Positions 51,827 to 64,000 of a DNA stretch of 64,000 bases are shown piece after piece. The number at the start of each line of letters is the position of its first letter. The stretch's first letter is position 1. The stretch spans positions 64,001-128,000 of the forward strand of contig CAWKAR010000060.1 of NCBI GenBank assembly GCA_963847625.1. Direction: 5' to 3'. The notes below the pieces were generated by a model, which saw only the letters and a program-made list of their open reading frames with translations, was not told where the DNA came from and made no database searches. The position numbers and the translations under genes were made by a program. This stretch comes from a candidate division FCPU426 bacterium. Lineage in GTDB: Bacteria; Oederibacteriota; Muellerivitia; Muellerivitales; Muellerivitaceae.

Positions 51827-54800
51827 TTACGCCACTGCTTCCGGATTGGCTGCCGGTTCCTTCAGGGCCTGGAGGGCCTCCTTGTAATCGATTGGCATGA
51901 CCTTGACGAATTGTCCGGCCGTCTTGCCCCAGTTCTTGAGAATGCCTTCGGCCACAGTGCTTCCGGTGTAATCCTGGTGTTTGCGGAGCATCTCATGGAT
52001 GAGCTTCAAGTCCTCCTCGTCCGGCTGTTCCAACTCCACCATTTCCTGGTTGCATCGGATGCCGAAATCGCCGGTCTTGTTCCAGACATAGGCGATCCCG
52101 CCCGACATGCCCGCGGCGAAGTTCCTGCCGGTATCCCCGATCACGACCACCCGGCCGCCGGTCATGTACTCGCAACCGTGGTCCCCCACGCCCTCAACGA
52201 CCGCGTAAACGCCCGAGTTCCGCACGCAGAAGCGCTCCCCGGCCTTTCCGCGGATGTATCCTTCCCCGCTGGTGGCTCCGTAAAACAGGACGTTTCCCAC
52301 CAGGATATTCTCCTCGGGCGCGAAGGTGGCTTCCTTGGGCGGATACACGATGAGCCTGCCTCCGCACAGCCCCTTGCCCAAATAGTCGTTGGAATCACCC
52401 TCCAAACGCAGGGTCATGCCCCTTGGCACGAAAGCCCCGAAGCTCTGGCCGGCTGTTCCCTTAAAGGTGATCTGAATGGTGTCGTCCGGCAGGCCCTTGG
52501 AGCCGTACTTGCGGGAGATCTCGGCGCCCAGCATCGTCCCCACCGTCCGGTTAATGTTGCGGATGGGGACCTCGAACTTCACGGGCTTCTTATCTTCCAG
52601 AGCAGTCTTGCAACGCTCGAGGAGCACCTCGTTGTCCAGGGCCTTGTCCAGCCCGTGATCCTGCTTTTGCACGCAATAGACTGGTCCTGCGTTGGATTCC
52701 TCGGGCCTGTGGAAGATGGCGGTAAAGTCCAGTCCCCTGGACTTCCAATGTGCGATGGCCCCGTTCATTTCCAGCATTTCGGAATGGCCAACCATCTCAT
52801 TGATAGTCTTGAAACCCAATTCGGCCATGATCTCGCGGACTTCCTCCGCCACGAACATCATGAAATTCACCACGTGCTCGGGCTTGCCGATGAATTTCTT
52901 GCGCAGTTCGGGATTCTGGGTGGCGACCCCTACGGGGCAGGTGTCCAAGTGGCACACCCTCATCATGATGCAGCCCTCGGCCACCAGTGCGGCAGTGGCA
53001 AAACCGTACTCCTCGGCGCCCAAAAGACAGGCGACCGCCACGTCCCGGCCCGTCTTTAACTGCCCGTCGGTTTGCACGACAATCCGGTCCCGGAGGTGGT
53101 TTTTCACGAGAATCTGGTGGGTCTCGGCCAGGCCCAGTTCCCAGGGTATGCCTGCGTGCTTGATGGAGGCCAGGGGGGAAGCGCCAGTGCCGCCGTCATG
53201 CCCGCTGATGAGAACGTGGTCCGCGTGGGCCTTGCAAACGCCCGCCGCTACCGTTCCCACGCCCAATTCGGCCACCAATTTGACCGAAATGCGGGCGTAC
53301 TGGTTGGCGTTCTTGAGGTCGTGGATGAGCTGGGCCAAGTCCTCGATGGAATAAATGTCGTGGTGCGGCGGGGGGGAAATGAGCCCCACGAAGGGCGTGG
53401 AGAAACGCGTCTTGGCGATCCAGGGATAGACCTTCCGGCCCGGCAACTGCCCGCCCTCACCCGGTTTGGCCCCCTGGGCCATCTTGATCTGCAGTTCCCG
53501 GGCGTTGACGAGGTAATGGCTGGTCACGCCGAACCGGCCCGAGGCCACCTGCTTGATGGCGGAATTCCGGGAATCACCGTTGGACTCGGGCTTGAAACGC
53601 GCTTCATCCTCCCCGCCCTCCCCCGTGTTGGACTTTCCGCCCAGCCGGTTCATGGCGATGGCCAGGTTCTGGTGGGCTTCCTGGCTGATGGAACCGTAGG
53701 ACATGGCCCCGGTGGCGAAACGCTTCACGATCGCTTTAGCTGGCTCCACCTGGTCCAGGGGGATGGGACTGCCCTTCTTGAATTTGAAAAGGCTTCGCAG
53801 GGTACAAAGGGCGGCTGATTGGTTGTTCACATCCCCGGAATATGCCTTGAACAGCTTGTAATTGCCGGTCCTCACCGAATGTTGGAGCTTGTGAACCGTA
53901 TCAGGATTGAAAAGGTGCTTTTCCCCATCCCGGCGCCATTGGTACCGTCCCCCCCAGTCCAGGTCCAGTTCCCGTTCGGGCCTTTCCGGGAAGGCGCCCC
54001 TGTGTCGCTTTTCCATCTCGGCCGCCACCTCGTTGATACCGATCCCCTGGATCCGGGACGCGGTCCAGGTGAAATATTTGTCCACAAAATCCCGGTTCAA
54101 ACCGATGGCTTCGAAAATCTGGGCCCCCCGGTAGCTTTGGATCGTTGAAATGCCCATCTTGGACATGATTTTGACGATTCCCTTGTTGGCGGCCTTGATG
54201 AACTGCTTCACGGCGGTCTTGTGGTCGATTTCCGGGGGCAGGATGCCCCGGCGGATCATGTCGTCCAGGGTCTCGAAAGCCAGGTAGGGATTGATCGCGT
54301 TGGCCCCGTAACCCAGGAGCAGGGCGAAGTGGTGGACTTCCCGGGGCTCGCCCGTTTCCAGGATCAAACCCACCTTGGTTCTTTCCCCTCTTTTTACCAG
54401 ATGGTGGTGCACCCCGGCCGTAGCCAAAAGGCTGGGGATGGGCGAATAATCATGGTTCAATCCCCGGTCCGACAGGATGAGGATCTGGCAACCCTTGCGG
54501 ACCGCCTGGCTGGCCTTTTCCCGGATTTCCTCCATAGCCCGGGTAAGGCCCGGACCACCCTCCGCCACCTTATAAAGGATCGGCAGAGTGATGGATTTGA
54601 AGTCCTTATGGGAGATATGGGTGAATTTGGCGGTTTCGTCGTTGTCCAGGACCGGGCTTTGGATTTCCACCTGGCGGCAGCTTATAGGCGTGGGATGCAG
54701 GATGTTTCCCTCGGCCCCGAGGGTGGTGGTGATGGTGGTGACCAACTTCTCCTGGATCGCGTCCAAGGGAGGGTTGGTGACCTGCGCGAAAAGCTGCTTG

Positions 54801-56356
54801 AAATAATTGAACAGTGGCTGGGGATGGTTGGACAGCACCGCCAGGGGGGTGTCATCACCCATGGAGCCGATGGGTTCCTCCCCGTTCGTGGCCATGGGGG
54901 CCATCAGGAGCCGGATATCCTCGTGGGTGTATCCGAAAGCCTTCTGGCGCCTCAGGACCGTGTCGTGATCCGGTTCCGGTACATGGGGGGCTTCCGGCAG
55001 TTCCTCCAAGGGGATTAAATCGTCTTTCAACCATTGGCCGTAGGGCTGGGCCTTAGCGATTTTTTCCTTCAATTCAACGTCGTCGATGATGCGGCCAAGC
55101 TCAAGGTCGACCAGGAACATCTTGCCCGGCTCCAGCCGGCCCTTCCGGGCCACCCGCTTGGGGTCGATATCCAGGACCCCGACCTCGGAAGCCATGACGA
55201 CCAGGTCGTCCTTGGTGACGTAGTAGCGGGACGGGCGCAGGCCGTTGCGGTCCAAAACCGCGCCGATGACGTTGCCGTCGGTGAAGGCGATGGAGGCGGG
55301 GCCGTCCCATGGCTCCATCAGGCAGGAATGGTAACGGTAGAAATCCTTCTTGTACTGGGGCATGGTGGCGTGGCCGGCCCAGGCCTCGGGAATGAGCATC
55401 ATGATGGCGTGGGGAAGGCTTCGTCCGGCCATGACGAGGATTTCCAAGGCGTTGTCGAAGGTGGCCGAGTCCGACTGTCCCTCCCCCACGACCGGCAGAA
55501 GGCGTTTCATTTCCTCTTTCGAGAAGTAATCGCTCTCAAAAAGGCCTTCACGGGCGTGCATCCAGTTGATGTTTCCGCGCAGGGTGTTGATTTCGCCGTT
55601 GTGGGCGATATAGCGGAAGGGCTGGGCCAGGTCCCAGGACGGGAAGGTGTTGGTTGAAAAGCGGGAGTGGATCAAGGCCAGGGCCGATTCCATGTCGTGG
55701 TCCCGCAAATCGGGGAAATAGGAAGCCTCCTGGTTCGGCATCAGCATGCCCTTGTAAACCACCGTGCGGCAGGAGAGGCTGGCCACGTAAAAAAGGTTTT
55801 TCTCCTTGATACCGGCGGCATTGGCTTCGTTCTCCACCCTCTTGCGGATCAGGAAAAGCTTGCGTTCAAAAGCACCCTCATTCTTGACGGCGGCCGACTT
55901 GCCCACGAAGATCTGTTTCATGAGGGGTTCACAAGCCCTGGCGCCGGGGCCCACGTCGGTGTTCATCGTGGGAACCAGCCGCCAACCCAAGAGTTCCTGG
56001 CCTTCCTCCTTGACGATCCGGCTGAATAGATCCTCGCAGGTCTTGGCGTCATCCGGGTTCCGGGGAAGGAAAACCATCCCAACCCCGTAATGGCCCGCGG
56101 CGGGAAGTTTGATGTTCCATTTGGGGGCCATTTTGCGGAAAAACTTATCGGGGATCTGGATCAGGATGCCGACGCCGTCGCCCGTGTTGGCCTCGCAGCC
56201 GCAGGCACCCCGATGGGCGAGGTTGAGAAGGATTTCCACACCCTGTTCCACGATCTCATGGGATTTCTTGTTTTTCACGTTGACGACGAATCCCACTCCG
56301 CAGGAATCTTTTCCCGCGTCGAATGGGTGGAGAAGGTTTTCGGGTCGGTTGATCAT
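51827..56356 (-). CDS. gltB: Glutamate synthase large subunit
   Basis: CGVGF amidotransferase start, [43 protein letters not shown] domain. Confidence 0.98.
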   Translation of the reverse strand: MINRPENLLHPFDAGKDSCGVGFVVNVKNKKSHEIVEQGVEILLNLAHRGACGCEANTGDGVGILIQIPDKFFRKMAPKWNIKLPAAGHYGVGMVFLPRNPDDAKTCEDLFSRIVKEEGQELLGWRLVPTMNTDVGPGARACEPLMKQIFVGKSAAVKNEGAFERKLFLIRKRVENEANAAGIKEKNLFYVASLSCRTVVYKGMLMPNQEASYFPDLRDHDMESALALIHSRFSTNTFPSWDLAQPFRYIAHNGEINTLRGNINWMHAREGLFESDYFSKEEMKRLLPVVGEGQSDSATFDNALEILVMAGRSLPHAIMMLIPEAWAGHATMPQYKKDFYRYHSCLMEPWDGPASIAFTDGNVIGAVLDRNGLRPSRYYVTKDDLVVMASEVGVLDIDPKRVARKGRLEPGKMFLVDLELGRIIDDVELKEKIAKAQPYGQWLKDDLIPLEELPEAPHVPEPDHDTVLRRQKAFGYTHEDIRLLMAPMATNGEEPIGSMGDDTPLAVLSNHPQPLFNYFKQLFAQVTNPPLDAIQEKLVTTITTTLGAEGNILHPTPISCRQVEIQSPVLDNDETAKFTHISHKDFKSITLPILYKVAEGGPGLTRAMEEIREKASQAVRKGCQILILSDRGLNHDYSPIPSLLATAGVHHHLVKRGERTKVGLILETGEPREVHHFALLLGYGANAINPYLAFETLDDMIRRGILPPEIDHKTAVKQFIKAANKGIVKIMSKMGISTIQSYRGAQIFEAIGLNRDFVDKYFTWTASRIQGIGINEVAAEMEKRHRGAFPERPERELDLDWGGRYQWRRDGEKHLFNPDTVHKLQHSVRTGNYKLFKAYSGDVNNQSAALCTLRSLFKFKKGSPIPLDQVEPAKAIVKRFATGAMSYGSISQEAHQNLAIAMNRLGGKSNTGEGGEDEARFKPESNGDSRNSAIKQVASGRFGVTSHYLVNARELQIKMAQGAKPGEGGQLPGRKVYPWIAKTRFSTPFVGLISPPPHHDIYSIEDLAQLIHDLKNANQYARISVKLVAELGVGTVAAGVCKAHADHVLISGHDGGTGASPLASIKHAGIPWELGLAETHQILVKNHLRDRIVVQTDGQLKTGRDVAVACLLGAEEYGFATAALVAEGCIMMRVCHLDTCPVGVATQNPELRKKFIGKPEHVVNFMMFVAEEVREIMAELGFKTINEMVGHSEMLEMNGAIAHWKSRGLDFTAIFHRPEESNAGPVYCVQKQDHGLDKALDNEVLLERCKTALEDKKPVKFEVPIRNINRTVGTMLGAEISRKYGSKGLPDDTIQITFKGTAGQSFGAFVPRGMTLRLEGDSNDYLGKGLCGGRLIVYPPKEATFAPEENILVGNVLFYGATSGEGYIRGKAGERFCVRNSGVYAVVEGVGDHGCEYMTGGRVVVIGDTGRNFAAGMSGGIAYVWNKTGDFGIRCNQEMVELEQPDEEDLKLIHEMLRKHQDYTGSTVAEGILKNWGKTAGQFVKVMPIDYKEALQALKEPAANPEAVA

Positions 56357-56372
56357 AAGGTCATTTGGAGTT

Positions 56373-56432
56373 AAAAAAAGCGGCCACTCATGTGGTGCCG
56401 CTTTTTCAAAGCATCATTTTTTTGAGTGGCAT
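56373..56432 (-). promoter_or_regulatory. Putative attenuator leader of gltBD
   Basis: Terminator-like GCGGCACCAC-AUGA-GUGGCCGC-U7 ending 16 nt before the ATG; upstream GCCACUCA is complementary to its UGAGUGGC; u[11 protein letters not shown] (56432-56406). Confidence 0.55.
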
Positions 56433-56707
56433 AAATTACAATAGTTTCAAGCCATTTTCAAGGGAAGTCGGCCCTGGGGAAATTGCAAAAGGATGAGGAA
56501 AAATAGGTTCAAAAACTAAACAAAAGCCAAATCAGCATCAAAAATATATTTATACGTTGTCATTGTGCCGATTGACCTTATAAGACTTAGTGGGAAATCG
56601 GTACTATACCGGTCTCTTTAAATGGTTTATGGAAGGTCGGCATGCGGGGAATGCCCGCTGAATAAGCGGTCGTTTATGAGGAAACAACCCCGGTTTAAAT
56701 AACGCCT

Positions 56708-57841
<1,134 letters not shown>

Positions 57842-58370
57842 TTAGGTATTCCTTTTTAGCGGGATAAAGAAAACGGGATTTATCATTTCCGTTGGCATAA
57901 ATATTTCTGCAATCCCGCCAACTTGAATTCAACGATTTAAGAACCGGCATAAATGACTCCCCGGGTTGGACATCGATCCATGCTTCGCATTCACAGGGGA
58001 AAATCCCCCATGTGTACCCCGGTAAACAGCATGGGGAAGCCTCTTCCCCATACCCCATTCCGTTTCGAGTCCCAATTTAAACCCGTCCCCGAGCTGGACT
58101 CTCTTCGCTTCACTCAGGGCAAGCTCACCCGGAACTCAATAGCCATTGAAATACCATTATTTTACCGTCCTGGAATAAAAGGCGGGAATTCTTTGAAAAA
58201 TTCTGTTTTAAAAGAGAAATAAGATCAAAAAGACCCGAATTCCGGCCTCATGATAATTAGGAAACCGGCTTCTGCGGGCAGGACTTCCGGCTTCTGTGCA
58301 TAATCCAATTGAAAGCGCGCATTCCCTCCATTCAAATTCTGCGGGCAGGACCCCCGGCCAGATGCCAGCA

Positions 58371-58475
58371 GGAATGTGGGCGGTTTATCCTTCCCTACCG
58401 GCAAATGACACCAGGAATGTGGGCGGTTTATCCTCCTTTCCGACGGATGCCGACGGAAATGTGGGCGGGTTATCT
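58371..58475. repeat. About 42-43-bp tandem repeat, 3 units
   Basis: GGAATGTGGGCGGTTTATC at 58371 and 58414, variant at about 58455. Confidence 0.8.
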
Positions 58476-58481
58476 CCCCCC

Positions 58482-58629
58482 ATACTGGGTTATCTGGTTC
58501 CTCATACTGGGTTGCTGGCTTTCAATATTGGGTTCCTCGCCTTTTATACTGGGTTGCTGGCTTCCAATACTGGTTTACTGGCCTCTTATACTGGGTTGCG
58601 GGCTTCCAATACTGGGTTGGCGGCTCCCC
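58482..58629. repeat. About 21-bp tandem repeat, 7 imperfect units
   Basis: ATACTGGGTT-type unit starts at 58482, 58504, 58525, 58546, 58567, 58588 and 58609. Confidence 0.9.
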
Positions 58630-58830
58630 CGGGCCTCTGCGGGCAGGACTTCAGGCACATGCCGACGGGCATCGGCCACATGAACTGGGTTATCGGCCTC
58701 GTCAACCGGTTAACGCCCTATTATGGGTTAGCCCCCAAAAGGGCCTTGGAAGAGGGCATAGGGGCCAAATTGGTGGGTCTTTTTTATGGATGGGCGCACT
58801 CAATTCCAAGACCTCCGGCCGCCAGGAAGG

Positions 58831-59112
58831 TTAATGTCCGGCTAGGCCCCCGGCCCTTTCGTAGATTGGCTGGGCAATGGCTTTCTGTCCGGCCCTTTCA
58901 TAATCCTCGCCGATTTGGAGGAGCTACTTGGGATCGTGGGGGTGCAAGTCCATCGCCCCCTGGAGCGCCACCAGGGCCTGTGACGGCATTTCCTTGTCCA
59001 AATACAAGTCCGCCATCTTCAGGTAATAGACCGGCTCGCGGGAATTCCGCCTGTTTCGCTGGACACGGTCCAACCCCCAAAACAAGAACCCGAAATATGA
59101 CCAATATTTCAC
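58831..59112 (-). pseudogene. TPR-like protein remnant with in-frame stop
   Basis: PVYYLKMADLYLDKEMPSQALVALQGAMDLHPHDPK*LLQIGEDYERAGQKAIAQPIYERA: the TPR pattern continues across the TAG at 58924-58926. Confidence 0.6.
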
Positions 59113-59240
59113 GTTTCAGGTTTTCCCTCCGGTTAACCCATTTTAAAATCTTTCGGATATAAAAATAATCTTCAATAACCTATAATTAAACCGTTTTAAC
59201 AATACTTTTCAATAAACCATCGATCATTCGGAGCCGACTC

Positions 59241-62200
59241 ATGAAATTCCTTTCGAGAAAGATTTGCCAAGGCATGAAAACCCTTTTTTTGGATTTTTTT
59301 CGTAGGCGCTTCAAAAGCAGTTTCTCAACCTTGGCCTTTTTGGCATTTGTAGGTTGTGCCGCCTCCCCCGCTCATGCCAACGTGCTCTTATCAAACGTTT
59401 TCGGCTCCAATATGGTCATCCAACAGGGTGTTTCGATCCATTTCTGGGGCATTGCCGGCGTTGGAGAATCCGTCACCGTCAGCTTCAATGGCCAGTCCGC
59501 CTCTGGAACTGGGGACAGCAACGGCAACTGGTCCCTTTATCTCCCGAGCATGACCGACAACGCCACAGGCCAAAACCTCGTCGCCTCCGGGCCCGCCAAC
59601 ACCCAAACCTTTGGCAACGTCGTGGTCGGTGACGTCTATCTTTTGTCGGGCCAATCCAACATGTGGTGGGTTTGGAACAACTGCACCGATACCTCAGGAA
59701 CTGTGACCATAGGGCCTTCGGAGGCCGCTACCGCCACCTTCCCGAACATGCGGATCAGGCACGTCAATTCGGCGGCTTCGCAAACCCCCGTGGCGGACGT
59801 GCCGGCAGGCCAGTGGTATGAATATATTCCCGCCAATAATACCAACACCCTCAATTACACGGGCCTGGGCTACTACATCGGCAGGGATATTTCCCAGGCC
59901 ACCACGAACACCATCCCCATCGGCCTGTTGGAATCGGATTACCCGGGTATGCCGTTGGAGATTTTTTTAAGCACGGACGCCATCCAGGCCGACCCGATCC
60001 TGGCGCCGGCCATTATCACCCCTTCCTCCCCCGCGACCTATACGGCTGAGGTTTACAACGCCATGATCGCGCCCCTGACGCCCTTCAACATCCGGGCCGT
60101 GGTTTGGGACCAGGGGGAATCCAACGAGGGCGCCCCTTCTTATTTCCCCTCCTACGAATACGATTATCTCCTGCCGGAACTCATCAAGAACTGGCGGGAA
60201 AAATGGAACCAGAATTTCCCCTTCTACATCATCCAGCTCCAGAACATCGCCAACATGAACCCCGCGGTCATCCCCACCCCCATCCCAACCGGCCTTCCCT
60301 GCACCTACTGGAATGGCACGGAACCCTATAGCACCGCTTACAACGTGGGGATCGCCGACGTGCGTTTTGGGCAGTTCACCAGCTTAAAGATGCCCTATAC
60401 CGGCATGAGCGTGAATTTCGACTTGAACCCCCGCGCGCTCAATTGCGACGCTTCCCTTTCCTACCACCCGCCAGACAAAGAAGCCTTTGCGGCCCGGATC
60501 GTCCCCTGGATGCTGCGGGACATCTACGGGCAGTCCATTCCTCTGTCCTATACCGGCCCCTTTTACCAGAATTACCAGTCACAGGGTTCCACCATTATCT
60601 GTAATTTCGCCTCCCCCACCGGGGGATCGGCCAACCTGTCCACGAATGATTCGAACCCAGTCACGGCCTTCCAGATCGCTCCTTCCGGGTCCACCGCCTA
60701 CGTTTGGGCCAACGCCGCCATTTCATCCGACGGGAACAGTGTTTCGGTTTGGAGCCCCTCGGTGACGAACCCCGGCTCGGTGCGCTACGCTTGGGGTTGG
60801 GACCCCATTGATCCCGCCGGCCCCGTGGCCAACCTCTCGGATTCCAACGCTTATCTGGCCTCTCCTTTCCAGACCTATACCTTTTCAAATATGCTCGTGA
60901 CAGGGAACGGCGGGGCCGCGGTTTCGGACATGAATCTGGTTCCCTCCACCTCTAACGGCACCGACTTCGGGACCGCCGGCCTGTGCCAGGCCGTGACCGA
61001 AACCTTCACCATTACTAACGACCCAACCGCCCTTTCCAGCCTGAACCTGACGGGTGGGCCCAATTACGTCCGCATTACCGGGGCCAACGCGGCGGATTTC
61101 ACGGTCGTTTCCCAACCTTTATCCTCCACCCTCACCCCTGGCGCCAGCGGGATTTTCCTCGTGCGTTTCCAGCCCGGCGCGACCGGTTTGCGGCAGGCCA
61201 TCCTGCAAATCCCCTGCGACACTCCCCCAAAGACCCCCTACACCATTTATATCCAGGCCACAGGCGTGGATAATTGCACACCCACTCCGACCCCGACCGG
61301 AACCTGGTACTCACCCACCCCCACCAGCACGAACACCCCCACCATCACTCCCTCCCCCACATTCACGCCCGCATACGCCGTGAGCATGATCGACAATTTC
61401 GACACGAACACCTCCCAGCCCGCCTCCAGCCGCATCAATCTTTGGGGACAATCCTGGGGAGCCTATTCCGGCAACAGCGCCACCATCGGCGTGACTTATT
61501 TCACCCCGGGTGCCAACACGACCGCCGATTGCGTCAGCATCTTTGGTTCCGTCCCCGCCAACGGTTATTGCAATTACCTTTGCTATCTTCTTCCCAGCCA
61601 GGCCTCGTACAACGCCTTGGCGGCCGGTTACACGGGTATCCAGTTCTGGATTTACGGCGACGGCAGCCAGATCCGCCCCCAAATCATGTCCCAGGCCGTC
61701 ACGAGCGGGGACTTTTACGGCGAGACCATTACCCCGCCAATCGGCACCTGGACCTTGGAAACCATTCCTTTTTCCCAAATGACCCAGGCGGGATGGGGCA
61801 AGCAAACGAACATCCCGGTTAATCCCACGGGCGCGGATGTTACCGGGGTAAAATTCGACGTCATTTCCAACGGCAACTATGGCTACCTCCTGGACCAGGT
61901 CTCTTTTGAGGGTCCATTGCCGACGGCCACTCCCACTGGAACCTGGTACACTTCCACACCCACCAATACCCCCACGCCCACCATCACGCCCACCCCGACG
62001 GTCACTTTCACATTCACGCCGACCGGATCGGCCACGCCCACCATGACCAACACTCCCCTTCCGGACACCACCCTTTACAACTTCGAGAACGGCACGGTGA
62101 TGGGTTGGAATTATGTTAACAACCAGGCGGTCACCATCCAGAATTCCACGTCGATGTCCTATTACGGGAGCCATTCCCTGGCGGTGAGCTTGAATTTCAC

Positions 62201-63188
62201 CTCGACGTCGGTCGACGCGGAATTCGGCTCGCAAAGCCCGAACCTTTTGGCCCCGGTCACCAACTTGACGGGCAAAACTATCGTCGCTCATGTCTGGGTT
62301 CCGGCCAGCTACCCCGCTGCTACCCAGGCTTATATTTTCATTAAAAGCGGATCAGGATGGGCCTGGCAAACAGGGCCGGCGACGACCCTGGTTCCCGGCG
62401 CCTGGAACACCCTGACGCTTGACCCCGCCCAACCGCACAACACCGCGGGCACCCCCGATATCACCAATGTGCTGGCGATCGGAATTCAAATGTTCTCGTC
62501 CGTGGTTTGGTCCGGCACGATTTACGTGGATTCAGTCGACGTGATTCTTGCCGCGACACCCACCCCCACCAATACATCTACCCCGACCAGTACGAGCACC
62601 CCCTGCATGGTGAATGGCACCCCTTGCACCCCGACAGTAACAAATACTCCGACGTTAACCAACAGCCCGACTAACACCTCCACTCCTACCCTCACTCTGA
62701 CGCTCACGAACAGCCCCACCTACACCTTATCTCCGACGGATACGCCCACCTTGACCCCCACTCCGACTCCGTCCCCAACGTCAACGCCGACAGATACGCC
62801 TACTCCAACCAGCACTTCAACCCCTACTCCCACTGTTACCGACACTCTGACGCTGACACCGACACCCACCCTGACCCCGACCTGCACCCGGACGATGACT
62901 CCGGCGGCGGCTTGCAAGGCGCCATTGATCTACCCGAACCCCGCGAAAACCGGTTTCCTGCAACTGCGCCTAGCCCCCTGCGCGGTCTCATCCAAGGTAA
63001 CGGTAAAACTGTTCACGGTTGCATTCCGGATGGTGGTGGACCTGGAAATTACCCAGATTCCGGCAGGAGGTGATTTTTCCATCCCCCTGAACGATATTTG
63101 GAACCAGCCTTTGACGAATGGTTTGTACTATGTGGTGATTACTACGAACCAGGGCAAGTCGGTCCAGAAACTGCTGGTCCTTCGTTAA
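59241..63188 (+). CDS. Secreted multidomain sialate O-acetylesterase-like protein with Ig-like and CBM-like domains, PT linkers and C-terminal sorting-like domain
   Basis: Signal AHA-N; GQSNM, DQGESN, HPPDK; DFG..TFTITN..F.P (ASH/Ig); two jelly-roll domains; long (PT)n; YPNP..KLFTVAFR..GLYYVV. Confidence 0.88.
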   Translation: MKFLSRKICQGMKTLFLDFFRRRFKSSFSTLAFLAFVGCAASPAHANVLLSNVFGSNMVIQQGVSIHFWGIAGVGESVTVSFNGQSASGTGDSNGNWSLYLPSMTDNATGQNLVASGPANTQTFGNVVVGDVYLLSGQSNMWWVWNNCTDTSGTVTIGPSEAATATFPNMRIRHVNSAASQTPVADVPAGQWYEYIPANNTNTLNYTGLGYYIGRDISQATTNTIPIGLLESDYPGMPLEIFLSTDAIQADPILAPAIITPSSPATYTAEVYNAMIAPLTPFNIRAVVWDQGESNEGAPSYFPSYEYDYLLPELIKNWREKWNQNFPFYIIQLQNIANMNPAVIPTPIPTGLPCTYWNGTEPYSTAYNVGIADVRFGQFTSLKMPYTGMSVNFDLNPRALNCDASLSYHPPDKEAFAARIVPWMLRDIYGQSIPLSYTGPFYQNYQSQGSTIICNFASPTGGSANLSTNDSNPVTAFQIAPSGSTAYVWANAAISSDGNSVSVWSPSVTNPGSVRYAWGWDPIDPAGPVANLSDSNAYLASPFQTYTFSNMLVTGNGGAAVSDMNLVPSTSNGTDFGTAGLCQAVTETFTITNDPTALSSLNLTGGPNYVRITGANAADFTVVSQPLSSTLTPGASGIFLVRFQPGATGLRQAILQIPCDTPPKTPYTIYIQATGVDNCTPTPTPTGTWYSPTPTSTNTPTITPSPTFTPAYAVSMIDNFDTNTSQPASSRINLWGQSWGAYSGNSATIGVTYFTPGANTTADCVSIFGSVPANGYCNYLCYLLPSQASYNALAAGYTGIQFWIYGDGSQIRPQIMSQAVTSGDFYGETITPPIGTWTLETIPFSQMTQAGWGKQTNIPVNPTGADVTGVKFDVISNGNYGYLLDQVSFEGPLPTATPTGTWYTSTPTNTPTPTITPTPTVTFTFTPTGSATPTMTNTPLPDTTLYNFENGTVMGWNYVNNQAVTIQNSTSMSYYGSHSLAVSLNFTSTSVDAEFGSQSPNLLAPVTNLTGKTIVAHVWVPASYPAATQAYIFIKSGSGWAWQTGPATTLVPGAWNTLTLDPAQPHNTAGTPDITNVLAIGIQMFSSVVWSGTIYVDSVDVILAATPTPTNTSTPTSTSTPCMVNGTPCTPTVTNTPTLTNSPTNTSTPTLTLTLTNSPTYTLSPTDTPTLTPTPTPSPTSTPTDTPTPTSTSTPTPTVTDTLTLTPTPTLTPTCTRTMTPAAACKAPLIYPNPAKTGFLQLRLAPCAVSSKVTVKLFTVAFRMVVDLEITQIPAGGDFSIPLNDIWNQPLTNGLYYVVITTNQGKSVQKLLVLR

Positions 63189-63453
63189 AAAATACGATTC
63201 CCTATTCCCCTGTCGCTTGATCGTCAAGGATTTTCCCGGTTATTTTATCGATCATGACTACGCGGCTTCCGCCTTCTATGATCTACCCATTTTGGCTCGT
63301 CACAAGACACAATAAACATTCTCCGAGGATCGGGAAAAATTGCCATATATGGTGAGACCTTCAGCCACACCATGAGTGATCTTAAATGCTCTCTCCCGGC
63401 AAGTAGGTAAAATGTCTAAAGCGCCGGGATCCGATGAAAAGCAGCAGCATGAC

Positions 63454-64000
63454 TTAATAGCTCGCGAGCAATTCCGGGTGGGGCCAGTTGTCGATGCCGA
63501 ACCAATGCAAAACCACCCGCATCAAACTCCCCCAAAACTTGATGACCTCAAGCCAAAATTCGCGCTTCGTCCAAAACCCTTCCGGGGTTGGTTCGTTGGG
63601 ATAAGGCGCAACTTTAGCACCTGAGCCCAAAAGGTATAGGCGGGTTAGAAAAAGGGCGCGGGGTTCGTGAAACCAGGCGCAAACAAGCGCCACGTGCCGG
63701 TAACTGCCTTTTCGGATAAAAGGGGCGGCATAGCGCGCGTTCTGGTCCGTGGTGCGGGCCCTGGGATCGATGGTCATAGGAATGTTTTCGACGGCTAATG
63801 GATCAATGATGGAACGGATGATTTGGATGTTTTCCGAAAAGTAAATCGGACAGTTGAACTGGCGGGCCAACTCCAGGCAATGCAGGGAGGTCTTGTTAAT
63901 GCCACTGTAAACCACGACCAAATCCGGTTTCTCAAGGCTGGGTTTTTCAGAATATATTACGGCTAAATAGACAAATTGAGCTATGAGAACAGCCGCCAAT
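63454..64000 (-). CDS. YdcF/DUF218 (ElyC/SanA-like) protein, 5' end outside window
   Basis: DLVVVYSG, ARTTDQNA, FHEPRA, EVIK motifs. Confidence 0.75.
   Translation of the reverse strand, partial: LAAVLIAQFVYLAVIYSEKPSLEKPDLVVVYSGINKTSLHCLELARQFNCPIYFSENIQIIRSIIDPLAVENIPMTIDPRARTTDQNARYAAPFIRKGSYRHVALVCAWFHEPRALFLTRLYLLGSGAKVAPYPNEPTPEGFWTKREFWLEVIKFWGSLMRVVLHWFGIDNWPHPELLASY

Noticed and set aside
50680..55657. Long + strand ORFs over gltBD (e.g. 51593..53059)
   Set aside because: Antisense shadows caused by high GC3 codon bias.
58482..58629. CRISPR array
   Set aside because: The 21-bp period is too short, the variable halves resemble each other rather than being unique spacers, and no cas genes are present.
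58296..59162. 288-aa ORF as a real gene
   Set aside because: Low-complexity repeat translation with no RBS or domain, overlapping the antisense TPR remnant; unsupported.

Overview
Bacterial chromosome segment from a diderm organism (lptE, Omp85-like and other beta-barrel genes). The Pro/Thr-rich secreted proteins with a YPNP...GLYYV C-terminal domain resemble those of candidate phylum FCPU426, but this is an unverified impression. Genes from 1 to 33 kb are almost all on + (xseB-ispA-dxs, a 2-oxoacid:ferredoxin oxidoreductase operon with two frameshifts, recN, leuS-lptE-holA, murJ, a Ser/Thr kinase plus FHA-GAF-cyclase pair, mutL-miaA, an sppA/propeller/Omp85 cluster). Genes from 33 to 58 kb are essentially all on - (rsmB-fmt-def, thiSGE, gltBD, tgt). 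GC content visibly falls toward the point of convergence. At the centre are two intact IS elements (IS30 and IS3 families) and a lone tyrosine recombinase. Two bases upstream of its start codon is a near-perfect palindromic 11-6-11 dif-like site (ATTTGGTATAA CTGCAA TTATACCGAAT) containing a TATAAT box. The best interpretation is that the window spans the replication terminus and carries a single-Xer, possibly autoregulated, chromosome dimer resolution module. Other notable items are a terminator/antiterminator leader with a uORF in front of gltB, an iorA remnant, several apparent pseudoenzymes and a tandem-repeat region near 58.3-58.65 kb. No rRNA, tRNA or CRISPR array was recognised. All calls come from reading motifs by eye; no searches were run.
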